Positions 27,254 through 34,550 of a stretch of 42,377 nt of DNA are shown here, in pieces; the stretch's first letter is position 1; each line of letters opens with the position of its first letter. Source of the stretch: a virus. Lineage: Duplodnaviria; Caudoviricetes. Where the stretch lies: the IMG/VR virus record IMGVR_UViG_3300037631_001783, positions 1 to 42,377 of that record; one strand, given 5' to 3'. A program made the translations under genes and the position numbers. The notes beneath the pieces were generated by a model that was not told the origin of the DNA, searched no databases, and saw only the letters and a list, made by a program, of their open reading frames with translations.

Positions 27254-27465
27254 TACTTCTTCTTTTTGGGTGGCTTTTTAGCGGTTTTAGCAGATTTTTT
27301 GAAGTCTTTTGCGGTTGGTGCGCCAGGATCGCCCGCTTTTCTCATCTTTTCGCCAGATCCAGCCGCAATTCGCTTCTTTTTGGCTGCGATATTTGCGTAC
27401 AGCCCTTTTTTCTTTTTGGCGGGGCGGCCTTTCTTGCTGCCGTAGGTTCCGGGGCCTTGGGGCAT
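27253..27465 (-). CDS. Small Lys-rich protein
   Basis: GLYANI.AK.KRI.AGSGEKMR..GAPT motif; TAATG coupling to next gene. Confidence 0.7.
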   Translation of the reverse strand: MPQGPGTYGSKKGRPAKKKKGLYANIAAKKKRIAAGSGEKMRKAGDPGAPTAKDFKKSAKTAKKPPKKKK

Positions 27466-27500
27466 GACAGATGGGCAGTAGGGTTGCTTCAGTCTAACGC

Positions 27501-27599
27501 TTACTTTTTCTTCTTACTAGTGGTCTTCTTCTTGCTCTTACGAACAGCCTTCATATAGCCCTCACACCGCTTTGTCGCAGCACTTTTCTTGTCAGCCAT
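27501..27599 (-). CDS. 32-aa Lys-rich peptide MADKKSAATKRCEGYMKAVRKSKKKTTSKKKK (absent from ORF track)
   Basis: Manual translation; TAGACT -10-like box upstream. Confidence 0.6.
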   Translation of the reverse strand: MADKKSAATKRCEGYMKAVRKSKKKTTSKKKK

Positions 27600-27656
27600 C
27601 TCGATAAGCAATAACTAATGACCTAGTCTAGGCTTTCGTGCCAATCAATAGCTACT

Positions 27657-27887
27657 TTGAAGTGCCCCAAATGCGGATCGTTTCGCGTGCATGTCGTTAC
27701 GACTAAGAAAACTGTTGAAGGGCCGTATGAAACTGTGCGTCGGAGGCACTGCACCAGTTGTGATTTTCGCTGGTACACCGCACAAGCACCAGAAGTAAAC
27801 ATCGGTGCTTACCTGCATTGGGAGGGAGATATGGTTCGAGTGCCTTTAACAGCAAGCTGCTGCTCTAGTACAAGCGATAAGACGTAG
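27657..27887 (+). CDS. NrdR-like N-terminal zinc-ribbon protein (no ATP-cone)
   Basis: CPKC...VRRRHCTSC.FRWYT matches the NrdR CxxC..RRR.CxxC..RFTT pattern; TTG start. Confidence 0.7.
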   Translation: MKCPKCGSFRVHVVTTKKTVEGPYETVRRRHCTSCDFRWYTAQAPEVNIGAYLHWEGDMVRVPLTASCCSSTSDKT

Positions 27888-29115
27888 TGCCCATTGCTTC
27901 TGGTTTTGCCAAATTAAATTGTTGCAAAACTAAATAGCCAAATGCGTCAAATGCGTGGTCTACTCCCAAATTTTTGTTAGGTAGGCCGGTGTTTGGTGTG
28001 TAAGTTAGTGTTCTTAAATCCTTGATTAGTTGTTTGCAACGTGGGTGAATTACCGTTCTTCGCGTTCCAGCAGCATCAAATAAGGCAGTATTTACAGCTG
28101 TAATTTTGTCGCGTATTTTCCAAGGTGCTTTTGGTGATTGAACGTTAAAGCCGCTGCGGCGTAAAATCGTGTGGTCTGTTACGCCAATGCCAGAAGTTTT
28201 TCTTGCGCCGCCTGTAGGGTCCGGGCACGCGATTACGCGACGATCCACGCCATAGCGGCGGGTTACTTCTTCTGCGAAATCCCAGGTTGTCGCTCCACCG
28301 CGCAGCATGATTTCGTCGAAGACGTACAGCGTTTCGTTGTCTTTTACGGCGCAAATGCCACTCATTGGGTCAACGTTGAAGTCAACGCCTAGTAGTAAGG
28401 GCAAGACCTTGATGTCTTTGGCTTCGGTGGATATGTTTTCGTCGCTGAAACTTATGGCGACTAAGCCTGTAAGGTTCTCGAAGCTGGCTTCAAATTCTTG
28501 GCGGAATGTACGAGAGTCAAGTTGGGCTCGGGCTGCTTCAACTTCATGGGCAGGGACGTTGCCGCCCTCAATTGTTGTGTAGCACCAGCGGATCCAGTCG
28601 CCTGTTTTGTCTTCTTCGCAGTAGCACCACAGGTCGTAGAACCAGCTGGCCGTTCCATCTGGGGTAGAGATGAAAAGTGCCCAGCCTTGTTTGTCTGCTA
28701 GAGCGGGGCGGATGACCTCGAACCAAACTTCTGATTCCATGAAGGCGGCTTCGTCTAGCACTACTCCTGCTAAAGATCGGCCACGAAGCGCCATTGCGTT
28801 TTCTGTGCCTTTTAGTTCGATCGTGGAGTCGTTTACAAGATCTAGGCGTAAGTCAGTTTCGTTCTTGGAGCGTATGTATTCCTTCGGGATTGTCTTTTTT
28901 AACGTTTTCCAGGCAATGTCCTTTGCCATTCGGTATGTCGGGGCGCAGTAAAAATAGGTTTCGCCCGGACGTTCCAGGGCTTTGGTGAATAATTCGATGC
29001 AGGAGAGGTAGGACTTGCCGAAGCGACGGCCTGCAACCAATATGCGGAATCTTTCTTTGGCGCTAAATACAGTTCCTTGGGCGGGACGAAGGCTTATATC
29101 GAGTGTTTTCGCCAA
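27865..29115 (-). CDS. terL: Terminase large subunit
   Basis: Walker A AGRRFGKS; Walker B VVLDEAA; ISTP; nuclease GVDFN and DHAFDAFGY. Confidence 0.95.
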   Translation of the reverse strand: MAKTLDISLRPAQGTVFSAKERFRILVAGRRFGKSYLSCIELFTKALERPGETYFYCAPTYRMAKDIAWKTLKKTIPKEYIRSKNETDLRLDLVNDSTIELKGTENAMALRGRSLAGVVLDEAAFMESEVWFEVIRPALADKQGWALFISTPDGTASWFYDLWCYCEEDKTGDWIRWCYTTIEGGNVPAHEVEAARAQLDSRTFRQEFEASFENLTGLVAISFSDENISTEAKDIKVLPLLLGVDFNVDPMSGICAVKDNETLYVFDEIMLRGGATTWDFAEEVTRRYGVDRRVIACPDPTGGARKTSGIGVTDHTILRRSGFNVQSPKAPWKIRDKITAVNTALFDAAGTRRTVIHPRCKQLIKDLRTLTYTPNTGLPNKNLGVDHAFDAFGYLVLQQFNLAKPEAMGTTSYRLY

Positions 29116-29124
29116 AAGTGTTAT

Positions 29125-29541
29125 TTACTCGGGTTTTTCGATCTTAACGTGGATTTCAGGTAATGTGCTACTTTCTTCCACCTGATCGCAACCGACCATA
29201 CGTGCCAGGGAATCGAGGACGTTGGCAGCTGTTTGCATTTGGCCTCGTTTTACGGCGGAGTTGTAGAGGCGGGAGCGCATAGAAAATATTCTGGAGGCCA
29301 TATCTTCGCGTTCGCGCTCAAAATCTTCGCGATTTAGGACTTGGACTGCTTTCCAATCGCGGAATGCAGTGGCACGTCCCACCTGTTCTTTGCTTGCGTG
29401 GTCGAGTACCAGTTGAAGAGCGGGTAAACCCTCTAATTGGCGGCGATATAGGCGAAGAATGCGGGCTTCTTGGATGTCCTTCGGGTTTTTTGGACCACCG
29501 ATTCTTTTTACTACCTTCTCTTCGGTGGTGTTTTCGTCCAT
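29125..29541 (-). CDS. Terminase small subunit (putative)
   Basis: Immediately upstream of terL; HTH-like VGRATAFRD followed by helices. Confidence 0.65.
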   Translation of the reverse strand: MDENTTEEKVVKRIGGPKNPKDIQEARILRLYRRQLEGLPALQLVLDHASKEQVGRATAFRDWKAVQVLNREDFEREREDMASRIFSMRSRLYNSAVKRGQMQTAANVLDSLARMVGCDQVEESSTLPEIHVKIEKPE

Positions 29542-29756
29542 AACTAGGAAACAACCTTTGCAGCCACAATAGCAACATGTAAAGCCATATCTAGGGGTCT
29601 ATTTTGTTTTGGGGGTGTAGCACATAAGAAGTGTGTTTTTTGACCCCTGCCCCCGGGTAGCACAATAGATAGGTTTGGCAGTATTTATTTAAGTCCCCTG
29701 GGGGATCCTTTAGCAATTGTTAAGATTGCTACCCCACCCCCTCTGGCCGATGATAA

Positions 29757-29767
29757 TGTGCTACACT
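29757..29767 (+). promoter_or_regulatory. Extended -10 promoter of the rightward early operon
   Basis: TGTGC-TACACT in the large intergenic region. Confidence 0.55.
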
Positions 29768-29811
29768 ATAGACATGGAGGGAGGGGCACCAGGAGTCCAC
29801 CTTCAGTAACA

Positions 29812-29831
29812 GAACCTAGAAAACTGCATAG
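29812..29831 (+). promoter_or_regulatory. boxA-like antitermination element
   Basis: GAACCTAGAAAACTGCATAG resembles cyanobacterial rrn boxA (GAACCTTGAAAA core, recalled). Confidence 0.6.
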
Positions 29832-29946
29832 CAGAAGCACGCGATTTCGCGGGAGACTCCATGCGCCTTTATGCCCGGCGCTGTGGCAATCAGTCAATCT
29901 CGCACCGCGTGTGATGGAGCACAATGTCCTTCATTCTATCACTTAA

Positions 29947-30225
29947 ATGAAAGCTTCAACCGTTCAAACGTTCCGTGGTCTGGCCGCCTGTGCTGTGCAT
30001 CTCTACTCGAGTTCATACAGTGACGACAGCCGGATCACGATCCGTGATACTAACAACGACGATAAGCTCGAGCTTGAGGGTTTGACCAATGCTGTCCTGC
30101 GTGGTGCAGTGCTTGGTTACGTCAAAGAGCTCGGGTATCGCAAGGAAGACGAAGAAGCGGCAAAGTTTCTCCGCAAGCTATCCACCGAGCTAGCCAAAGC
30201 TCTGCCTCAGGAGGTAGTACAATGA
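29947..30225 (+). CDS. Hypothetical early protein
   Basis: ORF after leader; coupled to next gene. Confidence 0.7.
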   Translation: MKASTVQTFRGLAACAVHLYSSSYSDDSRITIRDTNNDDKLELEGLTNAVLRGAVLGYVKELGYRKEDEEAAKFLRKLSTELAKALPQEVVQ

Positions 30226-30401
30226 ACCATACGGTTTACTGCTACTACGGCTGCAAGTTAGGCTGGGCTCGATTCAAGGGGTCCGGTCGCCCCAGGGTTA
30301 AAGCAGACGCGGAACGACTCGCCGTCCTATGGCGTCGAATCAATCCTCATCGTTGCTACAGAGCACACGCTCTCCCTGTTGAGCTTCCTTCTTTCATCTA
30401 A
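30222..30401 (+). CDS. 59-aa basic hypothetical protein (absent from ORF track)
   Basis: GGAGG RBS; ATGA overlap; MNHTVYCYYGCKLGW... Confidence 0.6.
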   Translation: MNHTVYCYYGCKLGWARFKGSGRPRVKADAERLAVLWRRINPHRCYRAHALPVELPSFI

Positions 30402-30408
30402 TCAAACG

Positions 30409-30439
30409 CCCCAGGGTTCACGCTCTGGGGTTTTCTTTT
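30409..30439 (+). terminator. Rho-independent terminator
   Basis: CCCCAGGG-ttcacg-CTCTGGGG followed by TTTTCTTTT. Confidence 0.75.
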
Positions 30440-30453
30440 ACCCTAAATTTAAA

Positions 30454-31038
30454 GTGACTAACGAATTAAAGCGTCGGGTCGATCAACTTGACGGTTGTCA
30501 AGGCCATTGGGTTCTGATCGAAGATGGAAAACCTAGTCAAGTCTGGTGGGATCAATCCCATGATGAGTTGTTTACCCGTTGCATCGATAATGGCTGGCGG
30601 GAGTTGTCCCTCGGATTCGTTCCGTCATTGTTCGGTTACAGCGATTACGGGACAACGGGCCTGGTGGGATTGTCAAACTTCAGGACATTTCTTGATTCAG
30701 ACGATCCACACAACGCCATCCATGAGATTGGTTACGGTCACAACGGCTGCGGCATTGCGGTTGATATTCGATTTATCACTGATGAAATGATCGAATCAAT
30801 CCAAGCCGTAGAGAGTTACCCGTTGCTATCTGACGATGACCATTCCGAACTGGAATCGGAGGGAATCTCAAAGTATTGGGAGACCGAGAGCGTCAGCGAT
30901 CGCGTCGGAATGCTTCAGCAGTATGGGCTATGCATCTTTGCCGCTAGGCGTGATGACACTCCATGGCGGGACGGGTTCGACTGTATCCGTGACAGTATCA
31001 CCGAATATTTAAATTCTTATCCAGCTTCAGCACTATGA
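30454..31038 (+). CDS. Acidic hypothetical early protein
   Basis: Probable GTG start at 30454, downstream of the terminator. Confidence 0.7.
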   Translation: MTNELKRRVDQLDGCQGHWVLIEDGKPSQVWWDQSHDELFTRCIDNGWRELSLGFVPSLFGYSDYGTTGLVGLSNFRTFLDSDDPHNAIHEIGYGHNGCGIAVDIRFITDEMIESIQAVESYPLLSDDDHSELESEGISKYWETESVSDRVGMLQQYGLCIFAARRDDTPWRDGFDCIRDSITEYLNSYPASAL

Positions 31039-31043
31039 ACAAC

Positions 31044-31070
31044 AAAACGGCCCCAATTAGGGGCCTTTTT
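31044..31070. terminator. Bidirectional terminator between convergent genes
   Basis: AAAAC-GGCCCC-aatta-GGGGCC-TTTTT. Confidence 0.8.
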
Positions 31071-31074
31071 AATG

Positions 31075-31551
31075 TCACCTAAAGTCGGAGATTGAAGAGC
31101 GCAACTCCCGGGCTTCGGCTTCCAGTGCATAAGCCCGTTCTGCCTTCTCTTTAAGTTCTTCTAGGGTGTAATCTACGCGGCGCTTGTAGCATTCCAGTAG
31201 CCGCGTCATAACGCCGGTTTGATCGTTGAAACGCGCCAGGTAGACATCAGCCGATAGGTTGATCGGGGTACCTTCTCCCCCTGGGTAGCAAGTCGCCCGA
31301 ATGAACACGTTTAACGAGCCATAACGCCCCACCAGAGATAGAAAGGGTTTTCCTTGCAAGTTGTATCCGTTCTGCTGACAGTAGTGGTCAAACTGTTTTT
31401 GGAGCTTGGCAACCGCTCCACCGTGGCCGCTAGTCTTCCACACCTTTTGATCCTGCCAATCGCTGAGTAAACGCACCAGGTGACCTTCAGTAAGGTTGCA
31501 AAAAGCGTTGAACTGGTTACGGGCTTGGACTTGTTCCAGAGTTGCTTGCAT
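31075..31551 (-). CDS. Hypothetical protein (isolated, opposite strand)
   Basis: 158-aa ORF with its own terminator and a divergent promoter region. Confidence 0.7.
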   Translation of the reverse strand: MQATLEQVQARNQFNAFCNLTEGHLVRLLSDWQDQKVWKTSGHGGAVAKLQKQFDHYCQQNGYNLQGKPFLSLVGRYGSLNVFIRATCYPGGEGTPINLSADVYLARFNDQTGVMTRLLECYKRRVDYTLEELKEKAERAYALEAEARELRSSISDFR

Positions 31552-31608
31552 GTTGCGGTGTTGGTTGAACTGATGCTACTGTAGCAGAGTAACCAACGAA
31601 TACAACCG

Positions 31609-31833
31609 ATGGACCACGACATTCTCAGAATCGAAGAGGTGGAGGTGATCCGATCGCACCACACCGGAGAGATTGAACTACGAGTTCACGCCATCGTTGG
31701 CGACATGGTGCAAACCGCTCCAGCAGCTTTGTATCCGCCTGACATTGCAGAGCCTGCCCAATACGGTCCAGCGCATTGCATGGCAACCGTCACGGTTTAC
31801 CTAGATGACGTTCAGTGGGAGGTCGCAGAATGA
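31609..31833 (+). CDS. Hypothetical protein
   Basis: ORF coupled by ATGA to next gene. Confidence 0.65.
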   Translation: MDHDILRIEEVEVIRSHHTGEIELRVHAIVGDMVQTAPAALYPPDIAEPAQYGPAHCMATVTVYLDDVQWEVAE

Positions 31834-32183
31834 AGCGCACCAATCAAGAAAGGGAAGCACAACTAGAGGAAGCGAAGCGACTCCTCGATATGGGCCTTAA
31901 ACGGGCCGACGTAGCAGCAACGCTCCAACGTGACTACGGCTTAAGCAGAGCGACGGCTTATCGGGACTGTGAATCAGCCGATATTCAACGCTTCGCAGAA
32001 GATGCGGGAATCGATGCGGATTCCGTTCCAGGGATTAGCTACGAAGACAGGGACGCGTTGATGAGAATGACGCGCCAACTGTTAATCACTGCCTTTAAAG
32101 GTGGCAACGTTCAAGACTATGCACGTTTAGTGCGTGAATACGAAAGACTCGCCCGAATGGGTGGGTTGTCTCAAACAGTCTGA
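31830..32183 (+). CDS. Helix-turn-helix DNA-binding protein
   Basis: RADVAATLQRDYGLSRATAYRD; GGAGG RBS before ATG at 31830. Confidence 0.7.
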   Translation: MKRTNQEREAQLEEAKRLLDMGLKRADVAATLQRDYGLSRATAYRDCESADIQRFAEDAGIDADSVPGISYEDRDALMRMTRQLLITAFKGGNVQDYARLVREYERLARMGGLSQTV

Positions 32184-32208
32184 GATTTTGTCTCACTTAC
32201 GTTCCAAC

Positions 32209-32379
32209 ATGAAAAACACCAGCATCGAGTTCACGTTCAGAGAGTTAGAAACGCTCCATGATTCCGTATTCATGGAAATGGGTTTCTTTGAAAATATTAG
32301 ACAGTCTGATTGTGTCAAGTACAAAATGCTTCAAGCATTGCATCAAAAACTAAACACCTATCTGTATTCAGAAAAATGA
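32209..32379 (+). CDS. Small hypothetical protein
   Basis: MKNTSIEF...; ATGA coupling to next gene. Confidence 0.55.
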   Translation: MKNTSIEFTFRELETLHDSVFMEMGFFENIRQSDCVKYKMLQALHQKLNTYLYSEK

Positions 32380-32582
32380 ACTTAACTGAGATCAAAACAG
32401 CCGTGATGGCTGGCAAAACGGTCCACTGGGCATCCAATGCCTACGTTGTTATCTACGCTCCAAAGACTGATGAGTTTCTGATCAAGTGCCTGCTCAATGA
32501 CCATTGCATTGGGTTGACTTGGAAAGATGGCGTGACCATGAACGGCAAGCCGAGCCAATTCTTCATACCGTTCCAGTCCTAA
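32376..32582 (+). CDS. Small hypothetical protein
   Basis: MNLTEIKTAVMAGKTVHW... Confidence 0.65.
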   Translation: MNLTEIKTAVMAGKTVHWASNAYVVIYAPKTDEFLIKCLLNDHCIGLTWKDGVTMNGKPSQFFIPFQS

Positions 32583-32812
32583 GCAAAAGGCCAAGTCATT
32601 TGTAGATCAGCGGCATATATATCCTCATCGTTTATATCGATGGGGCGTTCTGCCACGTAGGCGTTGAACAGTTGCTTTAGACGTTCCAGAGTCATCCTTA
32701 ATGCCCTGGCTTGTATAGCCACATTCATCTGTCCCGTATAGAGACATTCCAGTGCCTTACTTAGTTCTTTAGGGCTTGCTGGGCCGTATAAAGGTTCATT
32801 CTCTCTAACCAT
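32579..32812 (-). CDS. Small hypothetical protein (possible HTH)
   Basis: ORF downstream of the exonuclease, converging on the plus-strand run. Confidence 0.55.
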   Translation of the reverse strand: MVRENEPLYGPASPKELSKALECLYTGQMNVAIQARALRMTLERLKQLFNAYVAERPIDINDEDIYAADLQMTWPFA

Positions 32813-33564
32813 TGACACTCTGCCCCACGTAATTCTAACTCACTGAGCAACCGAACTTGAGGTGCTCCACTGCGTCGGGCTACTACAACCGCTCCACACT
32901 TGGGCTTTAACCCAGTCAGGTGCTGCAATCCCAGGGAATACGCTCCAGTCTGGCATATATAGTTTGACAACATTTCTTCACTACGGGCGTTAACGCTGGT
33001 CTTCCAATCAGCGATGCAGAGCTTGCCATCTAGGTCGATTAAAGCGTCAGCCGTTCCAGCCCAGCCTCGTGGGTCATGAATGGAAAATTCGATGGCATGA
33101 ATGGCCGTTACGTTCTCTCCGATCCAAGACCGTAGACCTCGGGCGTACCCAGAGGCGCTCCAGGAGACCCTAGGAGCCCCCTGAATGGCTTTTTCGATTG
33201 CCCAGCTAGTGATTCCTTTGGGGGCACGTTCCAGGCCGTCATCTCCAGCCCTCCAGCTACCTCGCTTGTTTGCAGACTGTCGCGCCAGCTTTGCTGCCGT
33301 CTTGAGGACATATTCCGCGTGATTGTGCGCCAAAGTGCCGCGCTGGCAAGCAATGTCACGCTCCATGGGAGCAGTTGGGCGTTCCAGCCAGCGGTCGAGT
33401 GCATCTTTTTGCCATTGGGGTGAGGTTTCTTTGAGAATGTGTGTCACTGAGGCGTAAGACACGCCGGACTCATCGCGATACACACGGTGCGGACCAGAGT
33501 CGTCACGTTCCAGGGTCCAGCGGCGTAAACCAGCTAATGCGTTTTGAGAATCAGTTGCTTGCAT
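32761..33564 (-). CDS. PD-(D/E)XK exonuclease (RecB/Cas4-like phage nuclease)
   Basis: YASVTHIL, RGTLAH, AGTADAL..IADWKTS, Q..AY motifs. Confidence 0.88.
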   Translation of the reverse strand: MQATDSQNALAGLRRWTLERDDSGPHRVYRDESGVSYASVTHILKETSPQWQKDALDRWLERPTAPMERDIACQRGTLAHNHAEYVLKTAAKLARQSANKRGSWRAGDDGLERAPKGITSWAIEKAIQGAPRVSWSASGYARGLRSWIGENVTAIHAIEFSIHDPRGWAGTADALIDLDGKLCIADWKTSVNARSEEMLSNYICQTGAYSLGLQHLTGLKPKCGAVVVARRSGAPQVRLLSELELRGAECQWLERMNLYTAQQALKN

Positions 33565-33742
33565 CTACCAAATCCATCTGATTCTTGAGCCAAGCCTTTT
33601 GTAGCTGATGAGCTTTGGGTTCTATCAAGTGCATCGAACTAACAATTCCAGTGATATTTCCTACTGAGATTGAAACTCTGCCGTCTTCCAAGATTGTGGT
33701 GATCGTCTCTGGTAAAGGTTTTTCGTAGTGACGATCAGGCAT
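33551..33742 (-). CDS. Small hypothetical protein
   Basis: MPDRHYEK... start at 33742. Confidence 0.55.
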   Translation of the reverse strand: MPDRHYEKPLPETITTILEDGRVSISVGNITGIVSSMHLIEPKAHQLQKAWLKNQMDLVDASN

Positions 33743-33774
33743 TGAAGGGCTAAAGCTGATTAATTGTATGCAAT

Positions 33775-33798
33775 AAAAAAAGGGGCGGTTAAGCCCCT
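33775..33798 (-). terminator. Rho-independent terminator after putative ssb
   Basis: AGGGGC-ttaacc-GCCCCT followed by a T-run. Confidence 0.8.
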
Positions 33799-33811
33799 GA
33801 AACATGCTGTT

Positions 33812-34402
33812 TTACTCAGCACTGAATGGGTTGCCGTCATCCAGCATTCGATCAATGTCGAAGCCAGCTTCTAAGGCGTCGTCCCAGGCAGCTTTGGTTG
33901 CCTTTTCACTGCCTTTCTTTTGTGGGACAGGACGCAAGCTGTACTCACTTGCTTTGCCTGAACCCTCTTTGCCCAAAACAAAGTCGTGCTCCAGCAGATT
34001 GGAGTAATCCTCCATTTGGGAGATGCCGTCCAACTCACGAAGAATGCTCTTTTGAGTGATTTGGATTATTTCGACTCTTGCAGTCGTGTAGTTGTAAACC
34101 GGAGCAGCAACAGCAAATTTGCTGGGCTCGGCACTTTCACCATCGAAGCTCGCACGACGCTCAAAATTGTCACCCATTTCAGCTTCAATTTCTTCTGAAG
34201 TGGGATCCTGTACGAAACGGAACGGCTTCTTTTTGTCGTTGCCGTCTGTAGATACGCCCCAGCACTCGTAAAACTCGATTGGTTGGTCGCTGAGCAAAGC
34301 AAAGCGAACAGTCTCGCCAGAAGGAACTTTAGAAGGATTCAGATAAGGACGGTCGCCGCTGCCTGCTACCGCAGATGAGGCTTTTTTGGAAAGAAATGGC
34401 AT
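33812..34402 (-). CDS. Putative single-stranded DNA-binding / recombination protein
   Basis: Next to exonuclease and primase; aromatic beta-rich core; acidic tail DDGNPF. Confidence 0.6.
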   Translation of the reverse strand: MPFLSKKASSAVAGSGDRPYLNPSKVPSGETVRFALLSDQPIEFYECWGVSTDGNDKKKPFRFVQDPTSEEIEAEMGDNFERRASFDGESAEPSKFAVAAPVYNYTTARVEIIQITQKSILRELDGISQMEDYSNLLEHDFVLGKEGSGKASEYSLRPVPQKKGSEKATKAAWDDALEAGFDIDRMLDDGNPFSAE

Positions 34403-34440
34403 TTTGTAGATGCTGAGGGCTGATTGCCCGGTGCTTTAAA

Positions 34441-34480
34441 AAGGTAGCACACTGACAGCGGGTGTCAACTGTTGTAGAAT
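34441..34480. promoter_or_regulatory. Overlapping divergent sigma70-type promoters
   Basis: Plus: CTGACA-17-TAGAAT; minus: TTGACA-16-TACCTT. Confidence 0.75.
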
Positions 34481-34550
34481 GAAAAAACCTCCAGGGCCGG
34501 AGAAGCCTCTGGAGGTAACTGTTGAACTACTAACCACGTCACTGTAGCAA

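Noticed and set aside
29758-29946. 62-aa plus-strand ORF
   Set aside because: Starts inside the putative -10 box, lacks an RBS and overlaps boxA and hairpins; more likely an untranslated leader
32761-33564. Cas4 as part of a CRISPR system
   Set aside because: No Fe-S Cys cluster pattern, array or other cas genes; ordinary phage PD-(D/E)XK exonuclease context
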